Origin: Yuukianura sp. NJ FZ-2021
Lineage: Eukaryota
Assembly (NCBI GenBank): GCA_046563655.1
Contig: CM102285.1
Location: 10,974,001-11,038,000, forward strand
Direction: 5' to 3'
Length of the DNA: 64,000 nt
Shown: piece after piece, positions 12,396 through 27,100 of the stretch
Numbering within the stretch: the stretch's first letter is position 1
How the letters are laid out: every line of letters starts with the position of its first letter
Position numbers and translations under genes: made by a program
Notes under the pieces: generated by a model
Databases searched by the model: none
The model's input: only the letters and a program-made list of their open reading frames with translations
What the model was told of the DNA's origin: nothing

Positions 12396-15300
12396 TCAGA
12401 CAATTATTGGCGTTTCCTTTGCAAAGTGGTGATGGTAATGGTGGTGAATGTGTTCATGAACATGGTGGTGTTCTTGACGCTTTGAAATCCCTGAAATTGC
12501 TGGAATCTGACGCGAATATTCTTGCTGAAAGTTAAAACAGGGTTTTGTGGTAGCGGAACTGTTCTTGTCTCCGATGTTTTCTCGCTCTAGCCAATTGATG
12601 ACTTGCGCCATGGCTCTGGCGTGATCTTCTTCTCGATTTCTATGTTTTAGCTGATGTGGGGTCACAGGGGTCAATTTGTTTAAAATGTTTTTGTTATTGT
12701 TAATCGTGTTTTTATTTCTTGGAGAAAGCGGATGCTGCTGAGCTGAGTTAAGAACACAACCGCTCAGAATTTCCAAACTTTCTTCGTGACTACATTGGTG
12801 GTGATGGGAGTTGCAATGAGCGTTTGTTCCAGAAGAGTATTGATTGTCTCCTATGAATTGGTATTTGAATGCATTTTCTGTGAGGTCATGTGACCTTGAC
12901 CTGTGGTGACTATGCTTCTTACACCCTCGGAGGAATTTGGCACCAGGAGAATTTTCAAAGAACTTGACCGTCCGAGCTGAACAATTGTTTCCGTCCAGAA
13001 CTTTGTCATTGTTCAGAAGAGGCAAAATAGGACAGTTGGGGTCAAGAAGATGATTGTGAGTACAAAGCGGTGAAGGAGGATTTGGTTGTTGACCTTTGCT
13101 CGCTGGTTGACCCGTGGAGTCATTACGACAGCAGTGGTAAACGTTGTTCTTTTCCATATTGGCTTGAACGAGGTCACAGAGGTCAGGCTTACAGTGACGC
13201 TCTCTCCACTTTTTCCGATGCCGCATTGGAGATGCTCCGCAGTCGCGGATAACTTCGGGTAGCAGGTTACGACATCCGCGACAGTCCTGTTGGTTCTGCG
13301 TCGTGCCATTCGGTATACGAACGGAGTGGAACCGCGGCTTCTCATGACGACGTTCACGGTGTCGAACGCTTCCGCCGCCATGTCGATTCAAGTTCTCACG
13401 AATTGTGACGTTAACATTGTTCCGAAGTTTCGTCCGCGTGGGAGTTGTTGTCGTTTCAAGCGTTACTCCAGACGTGCCAGAATTGGCCGAGAGTCCGCAA
13501 CCCATTTGAACTTTGGCCAAGGTTTCTGGGTCAGCAGTTGGAATATTGTTATTGACAAGGTTCGTTTTCTGGGTCAAGTTTTCGTCAGCAGCGTCTTTTT
13601 GTTGCTGTTGCTCGGGCGTGACTGTCAGTCTTACTTTGATGGTCTTCTTTCCACCGTGGGGAACTGTAATTGAGTCGTTCACGGCACCGTAGATACTTCG
13701 TACAAGGCCAGCAATATCCTAAAAAAATAATTTTTTTTTGTAATTTCGAATTTGTAAAAAGTTAGATTTTTAATTAGTTCTTACATCTTTAGTTATTTTT
13801 CCATGTCCGTCAAGGTCATAAAACGTAAACGAAAATTCTTTCCGTTCTTCGCCAGATTCAGTTCCTTCTACTTGGACATCACATTCAAAGTCCTGCAAAA
13901 TCACACAAAAAAATTCAATTAAAAATCAAATAAAACTCAAAAGGAATTCAATTCCATAACTCATATTTCTCGTTAAGACTTTCAATTTGACAAGGACTTT
14001 GCCGACAATTGGCAAAGAATTCATTAACCCATTTCTGAAAATTTTAACACGCTACAAAAAGTAACCGCCCATTTGACGTTTACACTTTCCCTGTCCTTTT
14101 AACTGCCTTATTAGGAGCTGCTTAAGTGCTTAAGTGGATTTATCTCTTTCGTTTTACACCTACAATTCAGTTTTATTTCCTTGATCAGTTTCCGAAATTC
14201 TAAAAAACTGTCTTCAATTTCGTTGTTATCAAAATCGAACCAGATCAATTGGGTAAAAGACTTTTCAAGTATCATTTGATCGTTGATCCAAAAACTTTTC
14301 ATTGCAAGCAACTTTTGCACGCAAAAAAGATGATTTATGTATCATCCTACCGTAACATTTTAAATTTATTTCAGAACTTGCGTGATGGTTGTGTGTCTTT
14401 GCGACCATAATGCGGCACTAAAAAATCACTTTAGGAGTGCACTAGTTGACATTTTTTTTCTTATTCGGCGCAGTGGAACGGCAAAATCCACTTGAAGCAG
14501 AACAATAATTACATGACTTGATTGTGTCAACTTTTGAGTTTTGAAATGAATCCGCTTCATTAACAAACAAAGACTGACTGAGCCGCTGATTTGAAAAGCG
14601 ACTCACTGTCTCTTCTTCTGTCGGCTCAAAAAACTTTGTCAATCAGTGATATGCAACGCAATTGAAATTAATTTTTTAATTTCAATTTTATGTTCGTTTC
14701 ATTTTTAGCTTTCTCTGTTTTTCAGTTGCCGACAGAGAACCTCACGAGTCCACGGACTCATATACTAGCTCCGGTGAAGCCCATAGGAAGCGTAAGCTTA
14801 ACTAGGAATTGGAGTGCAATAAAGCGCGGACGCTGAATCATTTTTACAAAGATGACGAAAACACTCAGGCGAAAAAATGCGTTGCATAAAGTACTTTAGA
14901 TAAGAGTTCATTCCTCAACGGAAGAATCAACTGAAAAATAAACATCAACTACGGAAGTGACAGCAGCAGCAGCACAGGCCAAAGGTGTGTTTTAGTTCCT
15001 AGGCCGTAATATTTACAAAATAGAAAACAAAAACACTAAAACTCACTTAAGAACTGAAATGGAAAACGTTTCAGCAAAGAAAATTGATTGACTTTTGTAA
15101 AGATTGACACTTGGAATCAGATCCACGTTTCTAAAACTGTTGGTTCAACAAATCGACTTTTTGAGAGGTTACGTTTCAAATCAATTTTTCGAAAGTGGTT
15201 TAGGCAACTCCTCGAACTTAACAGAAACCGCCGCACTCACTGAATTCTAATTAGAAATTGAGAAAAAAAGTTACTTTGTTCAGCTAAATATTTGGTCTGG

Positions 15301-18300
15301 GTTATCTTTTTCAATGTAGCATTAAATCAGTTTGTCAATCAAAACAAAAGTTAATTTCTGTTGTTGTCGGTGCGCTTCAAAAGAGGCTATTGTCTTCAGT
15401 GCGTCTTTTTATGACACTAGGTTCAGTAAACACATTAAAAGGCTTGAATTAATTTGAGTGTAAACTGGGACAACACAGAAAGTTGTTACGATAATAAAAT
15501 CTTCTTAAAAATTTGGAGTAAAAGTCTGCCGAAATGGTTTTAGAACATTTTCTATCTGTTGGTAAACACGTCATGTAAGCCTAAAGGTCAAAGTTGAGTG
15601 ACACAAATCTTGTTGCTGGCCTGAATGCATATTTAACTGCAAAGCTGCGAAACACTGATCAATTGAACAATGATCTTTTCAGTTTTTAACTCTAAAGTGG
15701 AAATGTAATTTTAACTTTCGTTGATAAAGTTGAGCACCGTTTGAAAACTTGGACGAAAAAATACACGTCACACACAACTGGGCTTTAAATTTTTGACGCC
15801 AAAATTATTGAAAATATTTTTGCCCGGCAGCAAACAAAGACATTCTTTGGAAAAAAAAAATCAGAAAAATGTCGTTGTGTTTTTTCCAAAATAGTGTTTC
15901 GTTTTCTAAAAGGTAAAAAGCTTTTTAAAATATTAGTTGCTTGTCACTTCAGAGGTTTTGGTACTTTGAAACTGAATTCAGCTTTGATGACATTGCATTT
16001 GCAACGTCTTCATTCATTTTGAATAGGTAAAAAGTTTGGGCCATTGACCTTCTTTGCTACGCCTCGTGAATTTGTACTCTTTACAATCGATTTGGATTGC
16101 TAAAAATAAGTTCAAGTTTTTTAAAAAAAGAAAGAAGGCCAGAGATGATGGGCAACATTCAGAACGCAAGAAAGAAAGGCTAAGGGTGAGAGGGTAGTTT
16201 TGTATAAAAATGAAAAGACTCAGAAAGGCGTGACGATGGGTTGCTTCAAAAAACTTCAAAAATGACCAAGTCACGTTTTCTTTTTCTATTTTTTTCAAAA
16301 TTACCTCAAACTTGACTTGGTTGGAGCTGAACTGTTGATGACTGTGATCATTGGAGCAGATTGAGGAATTATCCGAAGAGGCTGTGGAGGCTAGGCCAGC
16401 ATTTGTATGGGCGCCATTGTGACAAGAAGATCCATCATCTCGCAGCAGATCCTCCGTGTCAGAGGGTCTTCCATCACTTCCATCAGATGAAAGCACTGAA
16501 AAATCAGAACAAAGCATTCCAAAATTAATCCCAAAGGAATTGGCCAGTTTTGTTTATACAAAAACTTATCAAATTGAGTTCACCCTCGTCGCGTTTTCGT
16601 GTTTAACTAACAGCATATTTAAAATAATTAGATTAACAACAATATAAATTTGAACGGCGTCTTTAAAAAGTTTCAGAATCACAACGGGATTTACTGTGAA
16701 AATAGTTTAAAAAGCGGTTTTCGTTTTGATTCCTCCAGAAAAATACGTAAGGTTTCAATTTCGAACTATTTGAAGGAAATACACTGTTTGAACAGTTTGA
16801 AAAGATGCTGGCCCTGGAATGAATGAACTTGTCCGGATGAAACCGTGGAATGCAGCAAACCCTGTTGTTACGGATCTCTGAGTCTGAATCCCTAAGTCGT
16901 GTTCTACAACCAGGGATTCACTCTGAATAGAACTCCACAATCAACATGGGATCTTGTTTTCTCGGGGGTTGGTTTCCAAAAAGAATTAAGGTGAGAGGGG
17001 GTAGGTTCCCAAACAATTTCAAATTGAAGCCTAAAAACTTGAACTGGAGAGGAAACATTTCTGGATGATCATCATCATGATCCGCATGACGATTTAAAGG
17101 TTGAGGGGTAAGAGGTGAAGTATGGACCAAAAAATTCTACAGCATCTCTCAGGAATCCTGTTCTTTTGAACCCGGTTCAACGATCAAGCATCTCCTGGAA
17201 TGTGTTGGTAACAATGGAAAGAAGGAGAGACGTTTGAAGGGGTGTGTCCCTAACAATAGTCTCCTTTTTAACCCACTGATGAGGCCTGACACTCACCATC
17301 GCTGAAAATTTTCTTTTGGATCGCTGATTCCTTTTTCTTCGTGATGCCATTGTTCTTTAGGACTTTGGACTACACAATGGGACAACTTTTACGGTACAAT
17401 GTTGTACAAATTCCTTCGTGGAAAGGAATACCTTTCAGAACAAGCACACCCACCTAGAAAATCTTGTTCAAGACGAGATCACTCGACAACAAGTTGCTGG
17501 AAACCGTCCATCCCAGAACTACTTTCTTGGCATTAACAACTTTGCACATGAAAAAGAGAAAATTTATCAACACAGAGACTTTACGAAACAAAAAAGAAAC
17601 TAACATTGTTCGTTTTTTTTTGAAAGTGCGATTTGTATTTCTTTGGTAGTAACTGTGCTTAGAAGTGTCCTGAGGCTTTGCTTTTCAGTTTTTACGAGGT
17701 AAAGCTACGACTAATTCACTTTAAAAAAATTGCAAGATTAATTAGACTCCAACATCCCTGCAGGGGGTTTGAATCTTGAACGAATTTCAAAACAACTTGT
17801 AACAAAAGTAAGGAATTTCACGGCTTGAAGATTCCAAAACTTCACATTAACAAGATGTTCCATCTTGAAAAAGCGTTTTAGCCTCATCATCTCACAGCAT
17901 CCGTTCCCCCATAACAAAAATCCTACAAGAATCTCTCCTATCGAGATCTCTTTTCAGAATAAAAAAATTCAAAATCGTAACAAACTTAACTAATGAATCT
18001 TGGATGAGAAATTGGAATTGGATGAACCTAAAACACTCCCCGTTGATCTTAACAATATTTTCTTGAACACTTTCAAAATGAAATCACATAAAGTCTTCGT
18101 CAAGAGATACAATAAATTCATGAATTTCCTTAAGGGAAGTATAGCGTCCATTGCTAACAACGCACCTTTAAGATTTTCAAAGACTGCATAGACTCATAAC
18201 TGGTTTCCCATTGTTATCTATTTGGCATTTCGCAATGAATTTCGTTAGCTTGACAGGGCACACCCTCCCAATTAATCACACAGTAGCACAGCAATCCTTC

Positions 18301-21174
18301 CTGCCCATGTCACAGTCTCCTTTCTAATTAATAAATTATGCAACACGTTTCTTCCCGCTCTATTGTTCTCTCATCTTTAACATTGAACAATGGACATTTC
18401 GGAAGCGTCTATCCATAATTCGCACCATTCTTCTGCCATCCTTAACAACATTGTGCATCTTACAGTGTACGTTGGACTTTCATACAGCTCGTGTTTTCTT
18501 ATACATTTGCATTTGAATAGAAGCGGAACTATGCTTATGGTTGTTGGAAGCAAGCAAAAACACATTTCAGGAAGAGATTTCTGCTTCAGATTAAAGAAAA
18601 GCTTGATTCACAAAATCTTGTGAATGGAAACAGAGGAAATTGAACTCTGGGGGAAATGATACGCAGGAAGACAAGAGATCAAGGTCTAAGCTGTTTTTGG
18701 CACCAAATCCTTCGAAAAACAGTCAATTTTAGCGTCTTCTGTTTTTCCGAGACACGTCTTAAGTCGGTTTTGTTTGAGACTTGACTTTTTAAGTGTACTA
18801 GGAAGTTGCTAAAAATACTTAAAATATTGTTTTCAGCAAATGCGTGTGTGTGTACCTTAAAGCTTTAGACGCGAGACAAAGGCGGCTTTCCTACTGACTT
18901 GGAGATGCGTAAAACTCTAATCCTGAAACAATGGACTCAGACAATAAGCCAAAAGTCGTAAAGATGAATGGAGCCAGTTTAATTTGGGCTAATTACTACA
19001 CTACAAGGTAGAAACCGACAAAGGACTCCCTTCCAGAGAACTTTTACGGTAAGTCGTCTCCTAGTAGTCGCCGTCCCTTTGACTAAAAACCGAAGTCGGG
19101 CTCTCAAGACATTGTTATCCTCATCGTATCCATTTCCGTGGCCACTTTCTACCTTCCCTTAAGTCCCATTGTTCCAGACAAAAACTAATCAGCCTACTGG
19201 CAGCAGCCGAATTTTACAAGGGCCCATGGTCCCTTGGTCCAAAATTTCTCAAGTCTCGTCGTGACTTGCAAGATTTAAAGATTCGAGATTACCGAAGCCA
19301 CTCACAGATCACTTAAGTACTCGTACTTTTACTGTAGGATGCTGTCCGACTATTCTTCTTGGAACTATTAAGGAACTTCTAGCAAACCTTTTGTCATGGA
19401 TATGATGAGACTCGTAATGACGCCAAGCGTTTTTAAGAGCGCTCAGCGCCTCAGCGTATCCGCCAAGCATACTAATCTCATGTCTCGAGTTGATCTTAGC
19501 CAGAAAATGCAGTAGCAAAAAAAAGTTAACAGTTTTCAGCATTCTTTTCTTTGTCCAAAATTGCAATTTTTTGTGCAGTTCGTGCAATTTGATACAAAAA
19601 GAACAGCAATTTGCAAGAAGTTCAACAAGCAAGGTGAGTCTGTTTGTACAAGCAAGGTTGCTAATCATAGTAATCACAAATTTCCCACAAAAACCACACA
19701 ACCATTTGCCTCTCGAACTACTAAAGTAGCGAGAGCGATTTTTTTTAGTTACTGCATTTTTATGAATTTTAAGATTGTTTAATGTTAATGTTTCCATGTA
19801 ATTGGGCAGAGTTATTGCTCTGGCCTGAGATAATTCCGATACAGAATGGACTGAAAGAGGGTGTGACATTGCGAAATGTTTTGATATTTTGCAGAAAGCA
19901 GCAGGAGCTTTTAGAAGGACGTTTCAACTCTGAATGAAATCATGTTTGAGAGTTTTGGACTATGAATGAGGTTAAATGTTAGTTAACTTTAACTAGAAGC
20001 TCATGAGAGAAGCTTCTGTGGAACTCTCGCTGGAAAATTCTCTCCTTGATTTTCATTCGTATCTTTCAGTTCATTTTTTGTCCAACTTTTTTTTTCTGGT
20101 GAAGTTTTGATGTAAATGATGGGGTTTTGTCGGTGAGCGGTTTGAAGTGAGATGCCTCAAGGACTTTGAGGACGCCCTTTGATCTGGTGCCGACGTCAAT
20201 TGACTCCCTTCCCTCTTTTTGTTATGCACACACCGACTCTTACCAAACTACTGAATGCTAAAACACTCCTTCAACATTTGGTAGCAGCTTTATAACCATG
20301 TGAGAACACAATTTCGAAATGAACTCAACCTGAAGACAGTTTCGTAATTTAAAAAAAAGATTTTGGAAAAAGGACCATGGAGGGATATTAGGTGCCACAA
20401 ACAAAGAAAACTTCATAATCTTCGTTAGTTTGGAAAAAAAAAGCTACGCTGTGTACAAAAAGTTCATAAGTTCATCCGAGGTCACAGAACCGAAATTGCT
20501 AACCCCTTGACCAGCAGTGTCCTTGAACAAAACCGAACAGAGAAGCTCAAGTGTAATTCAAAACTTGGTGTCCGGGACTAACTTTTGTAAAGGCTGCTCA
20601 ACCGCAACGAAAAAGCACAGCTTGAGTTCTTGACAAAAATATGACTTTGACATTTGGGAAAAGTTATTAATGCTTGCATTCCGCTGGGAGGGTGGACAAA
20701 AGCCGGTTTGAGCGGCTCTTTTGTTTTAAAGTTTTGAGGTCACATGACTCAGAGAACCAAAAGGTCAACAATGTCAAAGTGTCAACTAATCTCTACCGAA
20801 AATCTCCGCCCTAACGTGAAGGACTTTTTCAAAACATGAGGCTCATTTGAACAGCATCAGCGTTTTTAAAATTCGTCGAGGTAAACTTATGTTTAATACA
20901 AAAGTATAGTAACCATTTAGTTAGTACTTTCTCTTTGTATAGAAGTTGATTGGAAAAAGGAGGTGCTAGCAAAGGAGGACCTGATTCAACACTGTTTTTG
21001 ACAAAACAGTTTTCGCAAAAAGAACTGTTCGATCTTTAAGTTTTTCAAAATTTCAACAAAAAATTTTGACAAAAATTTCTTACCAGACATTGTGGTGTAG
21101 CCCGCACAAGAACTACTATGATGCGTTCGGGCTTGAAACTTCGTTTTCCACCATTTCACAAATTGCGTTGCCAT
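12396..21174 (-). CDS. nkd: Naked cuticle (Wnt/Dishevelled antagonist), 570 aa proximal isoform; exons 21174-21084, 16495-16305, 13892-13785, 13718-12396
   Basis: Insect-type N-terminus MATQFVKWWKTKF...GYTTMSV. EFX domain EDFECDVQVEG...EFSFTFYDLDGHGKITKDDIAGLVRSIYGAVNDSITVPHGGKKTIKVRLTVTPE. The motif DLCDLVQANMEKN resembles the fly 30-aa motif, and the C-terminus is His-rich (EHHHVHEHIHHHYHHHF). Intron phases 1, 0, 0, all GT-AG. Confidence 0.95.
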
Positions 21175-24100
21175 TGAGAGTATTGACCAACAACTAAAGC
21201 GTGTTCCACTTTTTCGCAAAAACCAGGCAAAAAAATTGGAAACTTTACAAAGTCCAGTAGCAACAGAACTTCCAGATCCAGCGATGATGCAGCAGAGTCA
21301 TTCTGCCAAACTTCACTGGTTATAATGGTTAACTTGGACCTTTAAGTTTTTGTTGGAGTAATTACATACAAAAAACGTCCTCTTCAAGACCGGCACGACT
21401 TTTACAAGCCTGTCACTTCTGCCCTCCTTCACATAAAAGTGCTACACACATTTCCCATTACGTCACCAAAATCAACAGTCAGTTCACTTTACAGAGAGCT
21501 TTTCGTGCAAAAAAAAGAGAGGACTGGATGGCAAAAATAGCGAGCTGGTCGTCGGTTCCTTTTGAACTCCGTTTTTTGCACAAACTGTCGGCTATAACTA
21601 GAAGCTCCACTGATTTACGCTTGAGTTCTCTCCAAGGCGTCCTCAACTGTTTACAATAGCATTTGGGAAGCCGAGGAACGGATATCGTTCCGATATGAAT
21701 TTCACTGCGATCTATTCGCTACTTCTGCCTTGCTGTTTTCCGCAACCTCATTTTCCGCAACAAAAAAAAATTCACAAGAACAAATGCTCCAAGTCCTAAA
21801 ATTGCCCAAATGTCGAAACTCCTGCTCCGATTCCGTGAAAAAAATCTTGGTAGAACCGAATTCCTTCACACCGATTTTGGACGAAAACCAATTATATGCG
21901 TGTGTTCACGTTCTGAAGTGACAGTTCGTAAACTGGAACAGTTGTTCAAATGACTAACGAACTATGTTTTAGTAGTCAGCCTTAAAAACCGCAAACGAAC
22001 GGCGAGTGAAAGTTGTGTGTTTGTGGTGGGACTCGGCGTCACTTTCTTGCCGACAAAGACTTTGTCTCCTCCTGTCAATAGTAGAAACCTTTCTCACGCT
22101 AGTTATCATTAAACTAACTTTTAACTTTAACCGTAGTAGTGATTAACTCCAGAGTTTGGCTTAGCGTGTCCCACGGGTGTGTGTGTGACCTAATGTTGTG
22201 GTTTAGTTTTAGGTTTGATTGATAACTGATAATCCATTTCCTTGGTCAATAATCCTCCTAAGAGCCCCTCTTCTGCACCTTCACACTTCAACTGATAAGT
22301 GTCAAAATGATGCGTCCTCTTCAACACCTTCCAAAAACTGATGCACCTTGCACACTCAACTGTCAAATTTTCAAAATTTTGAGATTCTTGACCCCTTTTC
22401 TGCAACTTCCTACTATTGGACTTTAAAAATTTGAGTTGACACTTTGGGTAAAGAGAGCTTAAGTGTTGTTACTTTCAGAGATCCTCTCACCTGAGCATCT
22501 CCAAAGTGACTGACACAATGGACCTTTTGGTCCAATGTATGTGACAATAGAAGTTGTGAATGGAACGTACAAGTTTTAGGAAGATGCATAGACCCTATTC
22601 ACTTGAATTTCAATTGGATCCTACTACTACAACGGTTTGTTTGCAAGTGCCTGCATGGTTTCAAAGATTCAAAAACTATGCTCCTCTTCCAGCCTCCCCA
22701 GAAGAACCAAAAAGCAGGATTTTAGGGTTTGTACAAACGATTTCATATGAAGCTCAAAACCATCTCCCTCGTCCCTAATAAACTCAAAAAACCAAAGCCA
22801 CCAGACCTTCAGCATGTGTTTTCTCAAAACTTGAAGATCATCTTCTTGCTTCTTGGGCTAGGGAAGATGCAATGATTATAGTAAAGGGATAGTATAGGAG
22901 AGACTGAAGCTGCGGAACCATATTATTAACACAGCATCTTTTCCATCTTCCCCTTGGGCCAAAGTCGTGCGCTCATAAAATCATTTCCAAAGCGTCTTAC
23001 ACTACTGCGAGAAGCTTCGAAGATGGTAGATAGACGCTGCTAAGGCTCCAAGGGATCCTTAGACTTACAAAAAAGGAGTTCAACCCCCTGTACCCTGAAT
23101 GTTGCCAGGGGTCCCTTTGCCATGTGTTTTCGTGAACATGGTGGAACACTCCTGAGAGGTCTCTGGGTACAAAGTAATCTGCTCACAGGGTACTTACATT
23201 CTAACCTGGAACTTCCAAGGGACTCAGGTGAAACAACTTCAACTTAGCATCGATTTTTTGAATTTTTTTGTGTTGTTGATGGTTTGAGGTACATGTTTCT
23301 AAATGGTGGAGGTTCAGAAAAAAAAAGTGTTTGAAGGTGCCGGTGAAAGGCAGAAGAATCGCTTTTTGGAAAACCACCGACGCTCTTCCCTATTTTCACA
23401 AAGGGAAAAGGGGGACTTTGATGGATCGGACTCTTGATGTATAGCCAAGGGCCACCACCATCACCAAACCAATTCCAATGTGTCCATTTTCATGGAAGCT
23501 GTTAAGGGTACCAAGGCCCTTTGAATCTCCTAGGTCAAAGGAAAATACCGACAATTCGGGCCAGAATGGGGTAGAAGATTCATTTACAACCATAAAGCAG
23601 CGTTGGCGTTAGTGAATTATTCGTCGCTAGATACTTTGTGTACTATTCGTCGGAGTTCAGCGATTTTGATTGTTTTCAAAACCCAGTCCTCTTATCACCC
23701 TTATGATAAAAGACAATAAAAATCTCTTTGAACTGGAAGCGCCACATGAATCATGCATCACTTAATTCCGTCTATTCGGATCTTTATAGTAACTCTCTGG
23801 ACCATAACAAATTCCGTCCATCGTCCGAAACGACGTTCCGAAGCAAACAAAAGGTCCTATGGTCATTAAATAAAACAATCCTCCACGGTTGAACTACATT
23901 GACATAACACGACATTTCCTACTACGACCATTTTGCATTACAATTTTCAATTTCAAACTTCTACGTGAGTGAGAACATATCCATCTCCAATTTAATCACG
24001 AGAACACTAAAACTGGACACCTTAATCCCTTTATGACTTTAAAATTTATTACACTTTTTCCCCTTAACAAATTGTTTATTTAGCTAACAAGATAAAAAGC

Positions 24101-27100
24101 GACGCGACTCGTGATGAAACAAGGACTGCCCGCTTTTTCGCGCTTAAAACGCTTGAGGGTGTGGATTTAATTGTAAAACCTCTCTGGCCCTTAACTTTGG
24201 AACGCCAAAGTCCTTGAACAAGATCCTGAATTTTCAAATCAGTGCAAACAATGGCTTTGGGAGTTGATCCCACAGGATTTCATTGTTGACACTGACGAAT
24301 GATACACAGAGAAATTTTAAGTTTGAATTTTTGGGAAAGCTTGTGGGTTTTAGTGTGACGAGGACGAGGTTTACAAAACCGAAAAGCTTTTTGAAAACAA
24401 ATAGAAGCCTACGTTACAAGTTTAACAGTAAGTGTAACTTTTGGCTTTTGTCGGTCCTTGATTGGATCCATTTGGAACTAATTTGGGTTCTTGGGAGGAA
24501 GGGAGTTTGGAGACGAGGCGAAACGGGAATTGGATCTTCTAGAAGAAGCCTTTAGACACAAGATTCGAACAAAATGTGGAGGCCATATATCATTCCTCGA
24601 GTAGTTCCAACAGGAAGAATAATAAACCAGAGGAAGATGAAGGGAGTGGGTCCTTAGCTCTATTCGAAATACCCGAATTTTCTAGTTTTCAACTTTTAAA
24701 CCATTTTCTCAACTGTCAAAGAGCGAAACTTTCTTTCCGAAAACTTTTGAAGCTATAAGTTACAAATGACAAGCGCCAAGAAATATTTGACAACCAAAAG
24801 CTTTTGTTCTGAATCCAATCCGTCTTTGCGGAAGACAAAAGCTTCAAAAGCCGCAAATTCACTACAAAATCTCACTAAATTTCAAATCAAACCTAACCCA
24901 GGCTAGAAATTTTCACCAATTTTGTTCACCCAGCGTTTCTCCCGAGGTTGAACCGAACAAAAGCTTCGAATCGATCTTTTGGATTTTGAACTTTTCAGAA
25001 GGAAAAAAACCGAAATGCCAAGAAGAGGGGAGAACGAAAGAAAAATGGAAAAGTAATTTCCAATCCATCATCTTCATCTCCGTGCCAAATGTCAAGTGAG
25101 GAATTTTAGTGAGGGTTTTAAAGTGCTATGGCTCCGCTTTCTTTAAAGCAAGTTCCAGAAGCAGCCGTGCAACTATGACAAGAGTTTAAGGAGCCTTTAA
25201 GGGCTCCACTTGGGAACGTTTACGACTTCTAAGGAAGAAGAATGATGTGATCAAAGCAAGGCCGCAGAATGGAATGTCCTCATCCTTAAAGATGATCCTT
25301 TGGATCTGATTATCCCAGCCTCCCTGGACCAATTTACTCAAATTCAGCTTCTCGGCGGCTCAAAATGGCCATTATAAAGTTAATAGACCACCACGGAAGA
25401 GGGCAAAGAGGCACTTTGACCTTTATCGCCCTGAAACAGAAGGATTCCAACTTACTTGAACTTTCCAAAATGATCCTCTTATTTTACAAAGTCCTTAGCC
25501 ACTAATTGTCAACTTAAGATGCACATCCTCCAATTTCTTCGACACGCATGAGGAGCTGCAGTATCCATTTAAGCTTACTTCTTACAGTATTTTACTGCAA
25601 ATTTGGTAGGAAGAGCAGCGTAATTTAAGAGCCAACCACCAAGCGTCTGATGGCCAAATGAGGCCACCAAGTGACAACTTTTGTACTAAACTTTTGAAAC
25701 CGGACTTTGCAGTGTCATTGTTTGTTTAAATTTTGAAAAAATGTAAAAGTCAGACCTATTTTGAAAACATAACCTCAGTCGAGAATGTCAATCTCAGAAT
25801 CATTACTCATAGTTATTTGTCTTCAAAGTGTCAAGAAGTTTACGTCTGATGAAGAAAGATGATGAGAGGATATCAAATTCCATATTTGTTAGAAAGGACT
25901 CTTAAAATTTTTCAGAAGAGACGTTAGGTGGGCCGTAACCAATTTTTACGTTTTCAGTCTATGGCGATTGGAAGATGACACACTAATATTTCCCTAAGCC
26001 ATGTGGACCATCTTCCACAAAAAATTGAGCAGTATGTGCGTTGTCCATGTCCAAAGAGTCATAATTCTTCAATTGTTTACTCTGTGGTGACAACTATAAA
26101 ATCTTCCTGAGACTTGTCGGCCAATTTGAAACGGTTTGTCTTTAAAAAATGAAAAATACGAAACTCTCTTCCTCCATAACTTTCAAACCTAACAAAACAG
26201 CATGAGACATGACAAACATCTTTTGCTGCCCATTTTGTGCAAAAGTTATGCCAAATTTTGGCAGCCAAATTAAATGGGCGTAGAAGCCAATTTTCATTTC
26301 CTAACAAGGGTGACGTGCACTGTCCACATTCAAAACAAAAATCAAATTTTGATTCTCAGTCTATAATTTTCCAAGGAGAAGAAAAAACAATAACTTTTTT
26401 CTGCATGCAAATATCCACACCTAAACAGTTCACATTTCCTTAATTCTACAAGACAAAATAGGGAGAATGAAATCCATGAAGATCTTCAAAAAGCTTTTGC
26501 ATGTAAAAGAACGTGACAGACTCAAAATTTGAGTATCTCGACGCTCTTAATCACTATAACTTCGTCTTCATCTTCTACAATTTTTGAAAGTGGTTTTGTC
26601 CATGTCTCTCTCAGGATAAGGAACATCATGACTCTACTTCAAAAATTATTCATGTACAAGACCAAGACCACCAAGCACGACACACAATTGTCCGATTCTC
26701 AACAAGAATAATTCAAACACCGTTTTTCCATTTCGTAGTCCAACGACTATGAAGTAAGCAGAAAGAGAATTCGAAAACATCAATTCAAAATCAATTTCTC
26801 ATAGAATTAAAAAAAAATCTGAAATATGCCACTTTGCATTACTAATTTAGCTTAAGAAATATTATAATTTCGCCCTTCCGACCAAATTTTATGCAAACTT
26901 TCACAGAGGAGTTACCTCATGTTGTCAAAAAAAAGCCATTTCTTTCAAGTTTCTGCAGCCATATCTTGTGAAAGTTTCAACTTTCTTTCTGATTTTGACT
27001 AGTTCAAATTCTAAAAAAAAAAATTTGAAATGGCGTTGAACTCCTGCACCATTCAAATTTAAAATTTCGAAAATCTGTTTCCACCACACGTCCAGAAAAT

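Noticed and set aside
13013..13673. Overlapping alternative-frame and antisense ORFs (122, 60 and 127 aa)
   Set aside because: Shadows of the GC-richer nkd last exon, with no independent features.
19309..19869. 186-aa ORF in nkd intron 1
   Set aside because: No recognisable domain, composition typical of translated AT-rich non-coding DNA, and no splice sites tying it to nkd.
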